Shown piece after piece: positions 37,083 to 49,731 of a DNA stretch of 64,000 bases. Position 1 is the first letter of the stretch. Each line of letters opens with the position of its first letter. A program made the translations under genes and the position numbers. Origin of the DNA: Macrostomum hystrix. Taxonomy: Eukaryota > Animalia > Platyhelminthes. The notes below the pieces were generated by a model. That model saw only the letters and a list, made by a program, of their open reading frames with translations. It did not search any database and was not told the origin of the DNA. Where the stretch lies: contig CATNEN010000038.1 in assembly GCA_950097015.1 (NCBI GenBank), positions 9,796,001 to 9,860,000 of the forward strand, read 5' to 3'.

Positions 37083-37835
37083 AGATCCCTACAGCCTTCA
37101 GATCCCTACAGCCTTCAGATCCCTACGCCTTCAGATCCCTACAGCCTTCAGATCCCTACAGCCTTCAGATCCCTACAGCCTTCAGATCCCTACAGCCTTC
37201 AGATCCCTACAGCCTTCAGATCCCTACAGCCTTCAGATCCCTACAGCCTTCAGATCCCTACAGCCTTCAGATCCCTACAGCCTTCAGATCCCTACAGCCT
37301 TCAGATCCCTACAGCCTTCAGATCCCTACAGCCTTCAGATCCCTACAGCCTTCAGATCCCTACAGCCTTCAGATCCCTACAGCCTTCAGATCCCTACAGC
37401 CTTCAGATCCCTACAGCCTTCAGATCCCTACAGCCTTCAGATCCCTACAGCCTTCAGATCCCTACAGCCTTCAGATCCCTACAGCCTTCAGATCCCTACA
37501 GCCTTCAGATCCCTACAGCCTTCAGGTCCCTACATCCCAACCTTCAGGTCCCTACATCCCAACCTTCAGGTCCCTACATCCCAACCTTCAGGTCCTTACA
37601 TCCCAACCTTCAGGTCCTTACATCCCAACCTTCAGGTCCCTACATCCCAACCTTCAGGTCCTTACATCCCAACCTTCAGGTCCTTACATCCCAACATTCA
37701 GGTCCTTACATCCCAACCTTCAGGTCCTTACATCCCAACCTTCAGGTCCCTACATCTCAACCTTCAGGTCCCTACATCTCAACTTTCAGGTCCCTACATC
37801 TCAACCTTCAGGTCTTTACATCCCAACCTTCAGGT
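37083..37835. repeat. 17-bp (CCTTCAGATCCCTACAG)n switching to 22-bp (CCTTCAGGTCCCTACATCCCAA)n
   Basis: Tandem copies just downstream of the GPCR-B stop codon. Confidence 0.95.
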
Positions 37836-37862
37836 ATCAGTCTCTCAACTCTGGTAGCGGGC

Positions 37863-40800
37863 TCAGCGTCGACTGTTCTCCACGGCGAGAGCGGCAAGGC
37901 GCGGCTGGCATTCCACCGACCTGACGGAGCCGGAGTCCTCGGGCGTCGATGCGGCTACGGCCGGAGCTCCGTCGGCGCCGCTCGGGTTGAGGTTGCCAAT
38001 GTCATCGACCTTGGCCGGACCAAACTGGATCAGGGAGACGATCTGGTGGGGCGGAACGGCAGATGATCTCATTGTCCTTAATTGCTTCAGCAAATATCCT
38101 TTAATCTGTGACATTCGTGACTGGTTAACAGTAGGATGACCACGGGGTGGACTTTCACTAATATCGGTTTGGGAGCTATCGTGAAGTAGGCAGTGGGTAT
38201 TCGGTTTGGGAGCTATCGTGAAGTAGGCAGTGGGTATTCGGTTTGGGAGCTATCGTGAAGTAGGCAGTGGGTTTTCGGTTTGGGAGCTATCGTGAAGTAG
38301 GCAGTGGGTATTCGGTTTGGGAGCTATCGTGAAGTAGGCAGTGGGTTTTCGGTTTGGGAGCTATCGTGAAATAGGCAGTGGGTTATCTGAAATATCCCCT
38401 GTGGTGCTTCCCTGTGGGAAAAATAGCGTAATCTTTCTACTGGAAAATATACTGCAATCAATGATCAATAAAATGCCCCTCATCCTTTAATTAGTTAAAT
38501 TGCTTGTTCTTAAAGCTACTGGAAACATTAATTAGTTGATGCAGATTTAATTTAATTGAAAAATCAATCATATCCTTTCACTGCTAATTAAAGACAAATT
38601 GAACTCCAACTATAAATAAATATTTTCTCAAGAGTTTTTGTTTAAGTTTATAACTCACCAGGTCCCAGTCCCTCACCTTGCAGATTGAAATCCCATCTCA
38701 CCTGGTCCAGTCCCTCACCTTGCAGATTGAAATCCCATCTCACCTGGTCCAGTCCCTCACCTTGCAGATTGAAATCCCATCTCACCTGGTCCAGTCCCTC
38801 ACCTTGCAGATTGAAATCCCATCTCACCTGGTCCCAGTCCCTATCCATGGAGATCGGAATCCTTGTCACTACATCCCAGTTCACTGTAGTCCGTGCTCAA
38901 ACACTGAGCAGGTATGGCAAACTCGCAGCTCACCTTGCTGCCGAAGACTAGCAGCAGAGTGGCCGTCGAGCAGATGAGGATGCAAGCGGAGACGAGCGAG
39001 AACTTCAGCGTGGCGGCCGAGTCGGGCAGCACGAAGGACAGGCAGACGGCCAGCGAACCCATGATCATGGTGTTGTAGACACAGATGCCAATCTGCTTGC
39101 TGTCGTTCAGCGCCTGGACATAAACCTGACGGGTCTCCCAAGCGAAAAAGATGCCGAAGATCAGGACGACGCCTGTTGGTTCAAGGTGGCGGACTTTGAT
39201 TGACTGATGAGTGACTGAGGAGTGACTGATGAGTGACTGAGGAGTGACTGAGGAGTGACTGATGAGTGACTAAGGAGTGACTGAGGAGTGACTGAGGAGT
39301 GACTGATGAGTGACTGAGGAGTGACTGAGGAGTGACTGAGGAGTGACTGATGAGTGACTGAGGAGTGACTGAGGTGTGACTGAGGAGTGACTGAGGAGTG
39401 ACTGATGAGTGACTGATGAGTGACTGAGGAGTGACTGAGGAGTGACTGAGGAGTGACTAAGGAGTGACTGAGGAGTGACTGAGGAGTGACTGATGAGTGA
39501 CTGAGGAGTGACTGAGGAGTGACTGATGAGTGCCTGAGTAGTGATTTCCTGACCCGGACGCAGTGTTCCATCTGATTCACCCTTAATGCCGAGCAGGATT
39601 CCGTTCCACATCGAGGCGAGGTCGCACTGGCAGCTGACAAGCCAGTGCTTGTACACAATGCCCAGGTTCAGGTCCTCCTGACAAACGGCATAAAGTTAGA
39701 AGACGCTGGTTTTTAGGGTATAAAAGTTTGAGTTCGAACGTACAAATAGGGTTAGACATTGCATGCTAACCAGTGAGACATTTTATGTGAACCTGTTAGA
39801 ATTAGCTACACAGAACACACCTGCGAACCCATGCTAAGAGTCTTCAGCTTCATCGGGTCTGTCAGCAGCCAGGTGACTAGAATGGCCAGGTCGAATAAGG
39901 CTAGGACTCCAACCACGGACATCAGGTGCCAGTCACGTATGGCCTGTGGAAGAATTTCGTTATCTCAAAAATGCAATTATTCCCAGTAATGTTTTTATAT
40001 TAACTCCGATTATTCAGGTCCTGATGCCTCTCCTCGTGGATAATTAATGAGCAGCCGTGCTCACCAGCCGCTTGAGTCGCTTGTTGGTGAAGATGACGTG
40101 CACCCGCCAGGTCTTGGCGAACATTGCCCCGAAGGCGCACGAGTAGCCGAGGGCCAAGCAGAAGGTCACGGACCAGCACTGCGCGATCTGGTAGCGACCC
40201 GGGAGGCTGTCCAGCGACATCAGGACGCAGCTGGCGTAGCCCAGAGTGCAGCCCAGCGCGATCAGCAGGTTCACGTTCGGCGAGCTCAGCTTGATGAGCT
40301 TCAGGTGGCGGAAGCGAAAGTTGACGCTCACCGAGACGACGGCCAGGACGACGCCCGCGGCTGACAGAACTCGGCAGGCCGTGGCGGCCGAAGGGTCAAT
40401 GCTCAGGCGCTGCTCAATCACAACCGTGCGATCGATCGGAGGTTTATCACCTTGGGCAAGGAAGGGATTGTAGACTAAGTAATTAGAGCTTCGGGCTCTC
40501 GACTTAAAGGTCGTGGCTTCGATACTCCCCTGAAAATTATTTGTCTTTAAAAAGACCCTCAACTCTGCCTTGTTTCAGTTCATCCAGCTCACCTTGAAAT
40601 TTGAGTCCGTGTTTCCAGACTGTATCGGATGTGCTGGGGTTGAAAACAGCAGTCGGCTGGGCCCTGTTGTCTGGAATCGTTTGGGGATCGACGGTGAAGT
40701 CACCTGACGAACAGGACGAAAATCCCGAGGGAACTTACCTAGAATCTGATAGATGATCACCTGGCCCGTGCGGTCTCCGTTGGCGTCGAATTTCACCGGT

Positions 40801-43800
40801 CCCTGGGGGGAGAGCGACGCGGCATCTTCTTGATGTTTTATGAATGTAATTTTGTTGTTGTTCCAACACCATGGGACAGGACAGGTGAGTGCGTGAGGAC
40901 AGGTCATACTGATAAAATACATTTATTAATTACTGGTTGATGATTTAATAGAATTTTCTAAGATTTAGAACCCCAAGATTTTCGAAAGTACGAAACAAAA
41001 GGCAAGGTTTTAAGCATCAAGGTAAATGTGCAGCCGTGCTGTTGTGACGGCTAGCTTTTGTTTGTGCCACCCTGTGTGAAGGTGTACTTATCTTAGTACC
41101 ACCCTTTTCAGTGAATGTCTTGATAAATAGATGATATTGGAACCTGTGGAAATATATCTCCCCTTCTTATTATGCTACAATAATGTCATATGGTGGCAGC
41201 GGTGGGATTCGAATCCACACCCTTTCGGACGGTTGAGCAGTAATGAGCTCAAATAACTCAAGGCATTACTTCAACTCCAATGAAGTCCTGGTCTCGAATG
41301 CTCCTCAACAGCAGGCTCTTGAAGGTGGAGTTCTCCATTGAAATGTCGGCGGAGTACGGGACCTCGGTCAAGGTGCTGTTGATGGCCAAAGCCATTGTTG
41401 TCAACGTGTCGAATGTGCGAGACAGAGTCGCGTTCAGTGGCTGCTTGTCAGGGAAGGCGGCGATGTAGGTGGAGTAGAGATCATCGATTGTCTGGAATTA
41501 GTTGTGTTGCGTTCGACTCATTAACCTACTTAGCTTACTGAACGAAGGAGCACTGACCGTTGTTGATTCAGAACGGTTACGATTCAGAGCCTTGAACACT
41601 CAAGGACAACTGAAGTAGTCGCTGCAATAGATAATAAAACTTCAGTTGTTCGCAAACATAGTGTACACTTCAGCCTTGACGCTCAAGGTCAGAATGCTGG
41701 CCCTCAAGGGCTTAAATTGTAGGACAAGCCCTTGAGCCCTCTGCGGCTGCGCTCTAAATGAATGTGGTCTCACTGAAAAATCCAGCTGACGGAGCTTAGT
41801 GTGAGAGCCAAACGCGTTAGAATGCTCTGCCACACCATCCCTAATGACCAGCGATATAGCACTGACCTTCCATTGAGCGTACATGGACGCTGCGTTCATG
41901 CGAGCATGCTCGTACATTCAAACGATTCAGAAATACCAGACGATTCAGAAATGATAGACACAATTGTAAACAAACAGAATTGAAGCTAAAAAAGCGATTT
42001 CCCTTTCTACAAACTCCACCCTGTTTGTCTTCTCGCGTACCTATCAAATCGATGTAACGACCGAGAAGATAAAACTTACAAGACACTCTTAATTACGAGC
42101 TCCGACTCCGATCAAGAGCTGATTGGACCCTTTGAGAATGCTTCAATAATAAGCTGCTGTGCATGGATCAGCTAATCCTACCAACGATAAGCTGGATTGC
42201 AAAGCGAAATGCTGTTTAAATTAATTAACGGCTCGGTGAGTCGTTCAATCCAGCTTTTGAATTTTCAGCAACATGATTGATTGAATAGGAAATTTATAAT
42301 TCCCCTCTATATTCCTAGGGGAGGCGACGATTCTTCAGCAAAAAACCGCAAAGAAAGAATGAGCAGGACTCGTTTTAGGAACTTACCAGGCCGGTGATAC
42401 CTGGCGGTGGCAGGTAGTTGGGGTCTGTGATGGCAGCGTCGAACAGCACGGCGTTCTGCGTAGCTGCCACCTGGGCGGAGGGGTCGCAGCCGCGGTTGGA
42501 TGGCGCGCTGATCGGTAGGCTGTGCCAGCCGCTGAAGATCCACTGGTACTTTGGACCGTAGAGACCAAGCTCATGAATCTGGGAATGACAGTATAACAGT
42601 CACAGCCATTGACAGTTGCTTGACTGTCTGTGCTGGCAAGATACAGCGGACTTGGCACTCACGAGGCAAGGCATTGGCTCCACCTCCAGGCTGCTGTAGC
42701 TGAAGACCACAAAAATTCTTATGTCCTCGGCCTAAAGTTTTTATTAAAACTATTGAGCTTGTAGTAAGACTTAATATGGTTGTAGCCGAGTGGTTAGAGC
42801 GTCGGACTCATGACTAGAACGACTAGAAGCTCGGGGTTCGATTCCCGACTCCACTGAAACTATACTTGTACTTTAGCAAGACACTTAATTCAGCATTGCT
42901 TCAGTTCAGCCAGTAGTTAAATGGGTAACAGAATCAGCTTTGGTAATTGAGGATGGGTCCATGGACTGAACAGCCGTACGCAGCATTCAGCCTTAGCTGC
43001 GGCTGTGCTGTCGGCTGCACATCTGGCCCAATTGGGGCAGGTGTAATCAATTATTATTTGCTATTTTTACTTTGAGCTTAAATCTGCAGCGAAGCCGCAT
43101 TCATTTGGCTTTGCTGCAGATGGAGGGCTGCAGTTTGGTTGGAGGGGCTGCAGTTTGGTTGGAGGGCTGCAGTTTGGTTGGAGGGCTGCAGTTTGGTTGG
43201 AAGGGCTGCAGTTTGGTTGGAGGGCTGCAGTTTGGTTGGAGGGCTGCAGTTTGGTTGGAGGGGCTGCAGTTTGGTTGGAGGGGCTGCAGTTTGGTTGGAG
43301 GGGCTGCAGTTTCGGTGTAGGGGCTACAGTTTCGGTGTAGGGGCTACAGTTTCGGTGTAGGGGCTACAGTTTCGGTGTAGGGGCTACAGTTTCGGTGTAG
43401 GGGCTACAGTTTCGGTGTAGGGGCTACAGTTTCGGTGTAGGGGCTACAGTTTCGGTGTAGGGGCTACAGTTTCGGTGTAGGGGCTACAGTTTCGGTGTAG
43501 GGGCTACAGTTTCGGTGTAGGGGCTACAGTTTCGGTGTAGGGGCTACAGTTTCGGTGTAGGGGCTACAGTTTCGGTGTAGGGGCTACAGTTTCGGTGTAG
43601 GGGCTACAGTTTCGGTGTAGGGGCTACAGTTTCGGTGTAGGGGCTACAGTTTCGGTGTAGGGGCTACAGTTTCGGTGTAGGGGCTGCAGTTTGGTTGGAG
43701 GGGCTGCAGTTTGGTTGGAGGGGCTGCAGTTTGGTTGGAGGAGCTGCAGTTTGGTTGGAGGGGCTGCAGTTTCGGTGGAGGGGCTGTACTTTGTTCACGA

Positions 43801-45158
43801 AGTGGAATGAAGAACAACAAGCTTACGGACCAAATTGTGAAGTTTCTGGTCGAATAGAATCCACGTTTGACACTATTTAAAACTCCAACTATGATTCCTT
43901 AAATTGCCCGCAGTTTCGGTTGAAAATTGCCATAGACAATAAACTGTCATTGGGGAATATAGGGATTTCAGAACGCAGTTTTTCTTCCATATTGTTTTCA
44001 TAGTTATTGTTTTATGGTTCATTTATTTCAATCGGTGTGACGAAGGACCCTGAAAGTAGCAACTGTCTGACCTTCATCCTTGTCAGGCCGTCTCGAGCTG
44101 ACGTTTTGAACAGACTCTTGAATGCGCGGGTGCCGTTCTGCTTGGCGAAGGCTGTCTCAAACTGAACGCCGACCTGGTTGTTTGGAGGCAGATTGTTTAT
44201 GCTCAGTGTTTGCATGATTAAACTCAAAGTTCAACCCAAACAGGCTCACGGGATAGATTTGGTCAGCCTCGGTGATGAGCAGACCGATGTTGTACCAGTT
44301 GTATTTGCGCAGTATTTTAATTATTGCGTCATTGTACAGGCTGTGCGTCAGCTGCAGCCGACTAAAGGTTGGGTACACAGACTTGTCGGAGAGAAGGGGT
44401 GAAGCGTTGCTGTAGGAGAGCTAAAATTTATTTAGCGAAAAAAGGTTTCCGCTTAGCTGCTACGGTAATCATAGAAGTGTCACATTTTTGAAAGTTCAAG
44501 TTTTGATTAGCAACAGTTGCATTTTGTGTCAGATTTTCCGGGGCTGCAGTTTGGTCAGAGATGAGGGGCTTTGCAGTTTGCAAAACTGCAGGTTGGTTGG
44601 AGAGGCTGAATTTTGGTTGGAGGGGCTGCAGTTTTCTTAGCTGCAGTTTGGTTTAAGGGGCTTTGGTGGCACTGTGGCTAATGCATTCGTTTGACATCTG
44701 ACGTACCACGGGAGCGCCATAGAAGCGGGCCACTGCTGCCACCACCTGAGACTGCGGGGAATAAGCCATGCCGAGAATGGCAATTTTAGGCGGCCTCTTA
44801 AAGTAGCCCTCGATGAAGGCCTTCGATGCGCTGCCTGTATCGTCCTGGTAAAGGCACATTTCAGAGATTTTATTCGAAAGCAACTGCAGCTGCGTCCGCG
44901 GTAGCTCAACCAATAACTCACCCCAATGGCGCACTCATAGTACATCTTCACCCGGAAGCCGGGAAACATGTCCACTCGAGCGTTGATGACAGGCTCGAAG
45001 GCGCTCAGGGCACGCTGATGCTGAGCCCATGGCGCAATGTCCTGAGTGCACAGGTTGAGCAGGGCAATTTCAGTGCGGTTGTCCGCTGCGGTGTCGGCCT
45101 CTGGCGCCAGCAGGAGGCAGCAAACCAGAAAAAGCAAGCTGGCTATGGGAGCTGCCAT
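37863..45158 (-). CDS. GABA-B-like class C GPCR, paralog B, 14 exons with the same intron positions as paralog A
   Basis: Exons (approximate): 44922-45158, 44707-44844, 44250-44420, 44072-44173, 42663-42731, 42387-42578, 41270-41491, 40739-40802, 40593-40670, 40065-40450, 39821-39943, 39581-39677, 38934-39172, 37863-38042. Same motifs as paralog A ([46 protein letters not shown]). Confidence 0.9.
38164..38385. repeat. 37-bp minisatellite, 6 copies
   Basis: TCGGTTTGGGAGCTATCGTGAAGTAGGCAGTGGGT(A/T)T. Confidence 0.95.
38655..38842. repeat. 42-bp minisatellite, ~4.5 copies
   Basis: CCTCACCTTGCAGATTGAAATCCCATCTCACCTGGTCCAGTC. Confidence 0.95.
39200..39538. repeat. 11-bp (GAGTGACTGA(G/T))n
   Basis: Fills GPCR-B intron 12. 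Confidence 0.95.
41191..41232 (-). pseudogene. 3' half of a tRNA-Leu including CCA (retro-copied tRNA fragment) in a GPCR-B intron
   Basis: Minus strand reads GTCCGAAAGGGTGTGGATTCGAATCCCACCGCTGCCACCA: long variable arm, T-loop, acceptor strand and CCA. Confidence 0.7.
41650..41842 (-). mobile_element. SINE family 1, degenerate 5' fragment
   Basis: Weak match to the head and the GACAAGCCC/GAATGTGG motifs. Confidence 0.5.
42778..43058 (+). mobile_element. SINE family 2 copy
   Basis: TAGCCGAGTGGTTAGAGCGTCGGACT...GGTTCGATTCCCG...CTGGCCCAATTGGGGCAGGT. Further fragments at ~45275-45385 and ~46560-46660. Confidence 0.8.
43120..43787. repeat. 20/21-bp array (GGGCTGCAGTTTGGTTGGAG)n enclosing a homogeneous block of (GGGCTACAGTTTCGGTGTAG)n
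   Basis: Tandem copies; degenerate units also at 44540-44655. Confidence 0.95.
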
Positions 45159-45633
45159 GTCTGTAGGCTGAGTCAGGATCGGACATTAGCAATTGCGTGC
45201 AGCTTTTTAAAAGAAAGTTAAGCAGCAATTCGGCTGCGTTTGATTGGTCCGCAAGTCTGTCAAATACTTTTGCACTGAGGTTGGAGCTTTGGATGTCTGA
45301 GGTCGGGGTTCGATTCTCAAGCAGAGGAGACACTTAATTCCCCGTTGCTTCAGTTTGTCGAGCTCTAAAATGGGTACCAGCGCAGAATTTCAGGTGCAGA
45401 ATTTAAGGGGTATTTTAAATACCCACATTAATTTGTCTGTATCTAATAAATTTTTTAACTAATCGCCATGAAAATCGAAATCATGGGATAAGACTTTCCG
45501 CTCTATCCGATTCAACAACTTCCAGAATCCCAAAACATCGGCATCGTCGAGATATTCAACGATTCTCGCCTCAGTGTTTCGAGGCAAAGACTAAATAAAA
45601 TTTTTTTTATTTTTTAAGCTACCCTTCTATTTC

Positions 45634-46321
45634 TTGGCAGAATCTTTTTCAAAGCAAGACGTTCGGAGCTTGATGAAGTTCCGATTCCTGCAAGGAAAGA
45701 AACCTCCGGAGATGTTTAGAGACCTTCAGCAAGTGTTTGGTGACAGTGCACCAACTGAACAGACTGTTCGAAAGTGGTTCCGGTTGTTCGCTGAAGGCAG
45801 AGAGAGCGTCGAGGACAACGACCGCTCTGGAAGACCGATGACTGCCACCAACGAGACCGTGGTGAAGAAAGTGCAGGAGCTCCTGGATGATGATCGGCGA
45901 CTGACTTGCGAAGAGCTGTCAGAAGATGTCGGAGTGTCAGTTTGCAGTGTGCACACCATTCTGACAGAGCGTCTCAACCTGCAGAATAAATTCAGCAAGT
46001 GGGTGCCACACCTGCTGACAGGTGAGCAGAAGATGCAACGTGCTCTGGCCGCCACCAACCACCTGCGCCGTTTCCAGCGAGAAGGAGAGAATTTTCTTTC
46101 GTCCGCCCTACTCGCCCGATTTGTCACCCTGTGACTTCTTCCTATTCCCATCTGTGAAGAAGCACCTTAGGGGCATTCGATTCGACAGCGTCGAGCACAT
46201 CAAAGCTGCTTGCCAAGGTGCGGTGCGTGAAACGGACGCGAGAGGCGTGGGTACTGGAATCAGAGGTCTGGTGCATCGCTGGCAGAAGTGCAAGGACATT
46301 GGCGGTGAATATGTTGAGTGA
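45634..46321 (+). mobile_element. Mariner transposase remnant with internal deletion of the catalytic core
   Basis: HTH region (VRKWFRLFAEGRESVEDNDRSGRP) and WVPHLL motif, then a frameshifted jump at ~46100 directly to PPYSPDLSPCDFFLF and RWQKC..GGEYVE. The first two catalytic Asp motifs are absent. TIRs not identified. Confidence 0.88.
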
Positions 46322-46747
46322 CCGAATGACATTGAATGACCTAACCATGTTTTCATTCATGTTTCATTTCATTCATTCATTCAATCATGTATCTCGTAAT
46401 ATGGATTTGCCAAAGAGTTCTATACAGATCAATTTGAGATGTCCTTGTCACCAGGGTCTTCGAAGAGAATCGCTGAATATCTTGACGAAAAAAGGGCGAA
46501 AATGTTTTATACACATGGTGGACGATTCCATAGCAAGACCTTTTAAATCTGCGTTCATTTACTTCACCCAGCTGAAATGGGTACCAGCATATGTTGGGGT
46601 AATTGAGGGTGCACCTGCTGCAATGTTGCGCGCCCATCAGTCCATGGACAACACAATAGGTGCGACTGTTTAATCAAGCTTATGATTTTTTATGATAATT
46701 TTTGTCAGTACTTCATTAACTTGAATTTCAGCGTTGATGCATCGAAA

Positions 46748-46872
46748 TGATATGTTTTCAGCTATTACTGAAAGTAGTAGTGCCACTAGTGATATGTTTT
46801 CAGCTATTACTGAAAGTAGTAGTGCCACTAGTGATATGTTTTCAGCTATTACTGAAAGTAGTAGTGCCACTT
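46748..46872. repeat. 42-bp repeat, 3 copies
   Basis: GATATGTTTTCAGCTATTACTGAAAGTAGTAGTGCCACTAGT. Confidence 0.92.
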
Positions 46873-47286
46873 GTCATATTTTTAATTAGAATATTAGAAT
46901 ATAAGTCGTTTTTGGCCTAAATGTCAGTTTTTCAGATTTTTTCCTAATGGGCAGGTGAAATTGTCCGTTTGATTGTTACTTCAGTTGAAACTGAATTTAG
47001 ATGAGTGTATCTGGATGCCTGCATTGAGGCCGTGACGGAAGCTGTAGCGGTAGTGGCAGAATAATGCCTGCCAGCTAAAAAGCGAAGCGTTTTTAAGCGT
47101 ATAGTTTGTTCACAGAGAGCGAAAAGGGTAAAGCTATACTCTCGGAACGAGAAAACGTTGGACCTGTGGAGAGTAATAATAGCTGCTTAATTGTATGCCG
47201 CACTGAATACGGTGGATAAAAGAAGAGATCGACATGAACTCTTTATTAATATAGGACATGGTGTACCCTCTTTCAAAGGAAATAAT

Positions 47287-47620
47287 GAAATGGGGGTGAG
47301 AGTCAGGGAGAGATGATCCGAGACAACACAGGAAATGGGGTGAGAGTCAGGGAGAGATGATCCGAGACTCCACAGGAAATGGGGTGAGAGTCAGGGAGTG
47401 ATGATCCGAGACTCCACAGGAAATGGGGTGAGAGTCAGGGAGAGATGATCCGAGACTCCACAGGAAATGGGGTGAGAGTCAGGGAGAGATGATCCGAGAC
47501 TCCACAGGAAATGGGGTGAGAGTCAGGGAGAGATGATCCGAGACTCCACAGGAAATGGGGTGAGAGTCAGGGAGAGATGATCCGAGACTCCACAGGAAAT
47601 GGGGTGAGAGTCAGGGAGAC
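47287..47620. repeat. 44-bp minisatellite, ~7.5 copies
   Basis: GGAAATGGGGTGAGAGTCAGGGAGAGATGATCCGAGACTCCACA. Confidence 0.95.
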
Positions 47621-49731
47621 GAGGTCACGTGGACTGTTGCGGTGTGAGACTGCAACCGTTCGTCATAGTGTACAAATAGTTTTTTAGCCGGAATATTTTT
47701 AAATCTTGCTATTTTTAGCGAAAGCTTGTGAATCAAGTGCTGTTAGCACTGTGTGCGGTGCGTTTTTGCAGATACAGATCAGCCATAGCTAGTGCTATAG
47801 TGCTAATTTATCGCAGTCTCTAATCTCTTTACGTGAGTTGGTTTGAGTATTTCTAAGCTTTTCTCGTATACTGCGTGTCCTATTACGAATTGGCCATTTA
47901 AGGTTGGCTATATAACCTGATTGCTTAGTTACGAGTACTAAGACAATTTAAAGTGCCAGATACGGTGCTTGGTTACTACTGGCCTATGTTTCAGTTTTTA
48001 ACGCAATTGAATAAGTCAACACTCGAAATGACAATTCAATGACGTGAGAATATTGTTAGGAACCTGCCATAAACACTAATGTGACACTAAACAGTGCGAC
48101 ATTTGTTCGTATTTATGGCTAAATAAAGGCATGACGAATAAAGAGCCTCATTTTTATATAAAACAAGAAATAAAAATAGTAATAGAAATAGCGCAGAGGC
48201 TAAGCTGAATTCACCAGCAATTGTGACTCGGTTGCCCCACTTGCCCTAAAGCCGAAATTTAGCACAGTTCGTTATATAATGTGTACATTATTTTGGAGCT
48301 GCAATCTCGACCATTGCTTCTGCAAGTTCTTCTTTTATCAGGCGCAATCTAGTTGAGCCCATCTATTAAAAATTGCTGAGCATCTACTGAACAATGGAAA
48401 ATGGCAGCTAAAGACTGGCTTCCAGTGGCTGACTTGCCAGAGACAGATATTGCGCTCTGAAATTTTCTGTATAATAATGTGCTCTCTGGTCTGTAATTGT
48501 TTCGAAAAAAAATTGCTGAAAGAAAGAATTGTAGAAACGGGTTTAGAAGGGGTGGTGGCTTACGGTAGGGTGGCGCACAGATACAGCCTTGACGCACGCC
48601 AAGCTCAACCGCACGGCCCCTCTCGTAACGCCATCATCCGTTGCTAGAGTGGCCAGGGCTGTTAGAAGCTTTCATTAGCTCGGGCTTTGTTGATTGCCTT
48701 TCTATCCTGGCTGAAGCGGGGGCAGGCTGGTCTTTAAGGGTTTGTGGGGTGTGGGGTGGGGCGGCGGGGGCAGGAGGCGGACATGTACATTCCATTCAAC
48801 CCCTGACCCCACGAAACCTCCTTTCCTATCTAAGCCGCCTCTTTTCAGCTATAGCCCTGGCGGAGGAATGTACAGTCTAATTCACCGAACACTCCGCCAA
48901 AAGCTTGCGGAGTTCTAATCTTTAAAGGCCGCCACGCACGTCCGGCGCGTGCCCTCAGCTCCGCCTCTCTTTTCAAAATTATTACCTTGCACAGGGCTGG
49001 CATTCTGGCAATTGCCTCTCTTACCTTAAACTTCATTTTCTTTATTTTATAGAGCTGCTCTCGCAGACCAAAGCGTATTGCCAGGTATTTTTTATCTATC
49101 CTGTCAGGCGTACGTGTATTACAGTGCGTTAATTGCACGCAGCTACAGAAAAATCTAGCACTCCCTCGCAGTAGCGAAAGTTAGGAAAAGCGCTAAATTA
49201 GTCTAAATTAGACTGTAGCTTGCTCACGGATTCTAATTCGAGTAGAATCACAGAAATAAAAGAAAACTTACAGCCAGTGTACAGTCTGCAGCACCGCCGG
49301 CATCAGCAACCCAGAAGTAAATTCATCTCCTTGTTTAGTTCTCCTAAGTGGGCTGTGGGGCCGTCTGGCAGCAAAACAACACTTGTGTTTTTTTCCTGCT
49401 TCTATTTACTTCTGCCAGTACTAGCGGATAAACAGGACTTCGACTCGAGCTCCAGATAATCTGCATGCATCGCTGTCTGCGCCTCACTTGCTTGTCCCTG
49501 TGCCAAGTCGCAGGCTACTAATTGAAGAAGACAGGAGGCTAAGACATTGTGCAATCTGCATGCATACTCCGGCCTGGGATAAAGGGTAAGATTAGCAGTA
49601 TTTATTACATAATAAACTACACACTTTTGCTGCATTTAGAGCTCCGCTGTCCGATTATTAATAAGTTATTAGACCCCCGCAATAACTTGGCAACCGACTG
49701 GCGCCAAAGTTGACGCGACCACCTCGGTTCA

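Noticed and set aside
37006-37857. 283-aa repetitive ORF
   Set aside because: Translation of the 17/22-mer array.
39200-39538. Repeated CTGATGA/CTGAGGA suggesting hammerhead ribozymes or C/D boxes
   Set aside because: A simple 11-mer with no GAAA partner or flanking helices.
38164-47620. CRISPR-like 37-, 42- and 44-bp repeats
   Set aside because: Units are head-to-tail with no unique spacers, there are no cas genes, and the context is eukaryotic.
48349-49138. Short ORFs in the GC-rich patch upstream of the ETS gene
   Set aside because: No recognisable domain or consistent splice structure; possibly a transposon relic or regulatory DNA.
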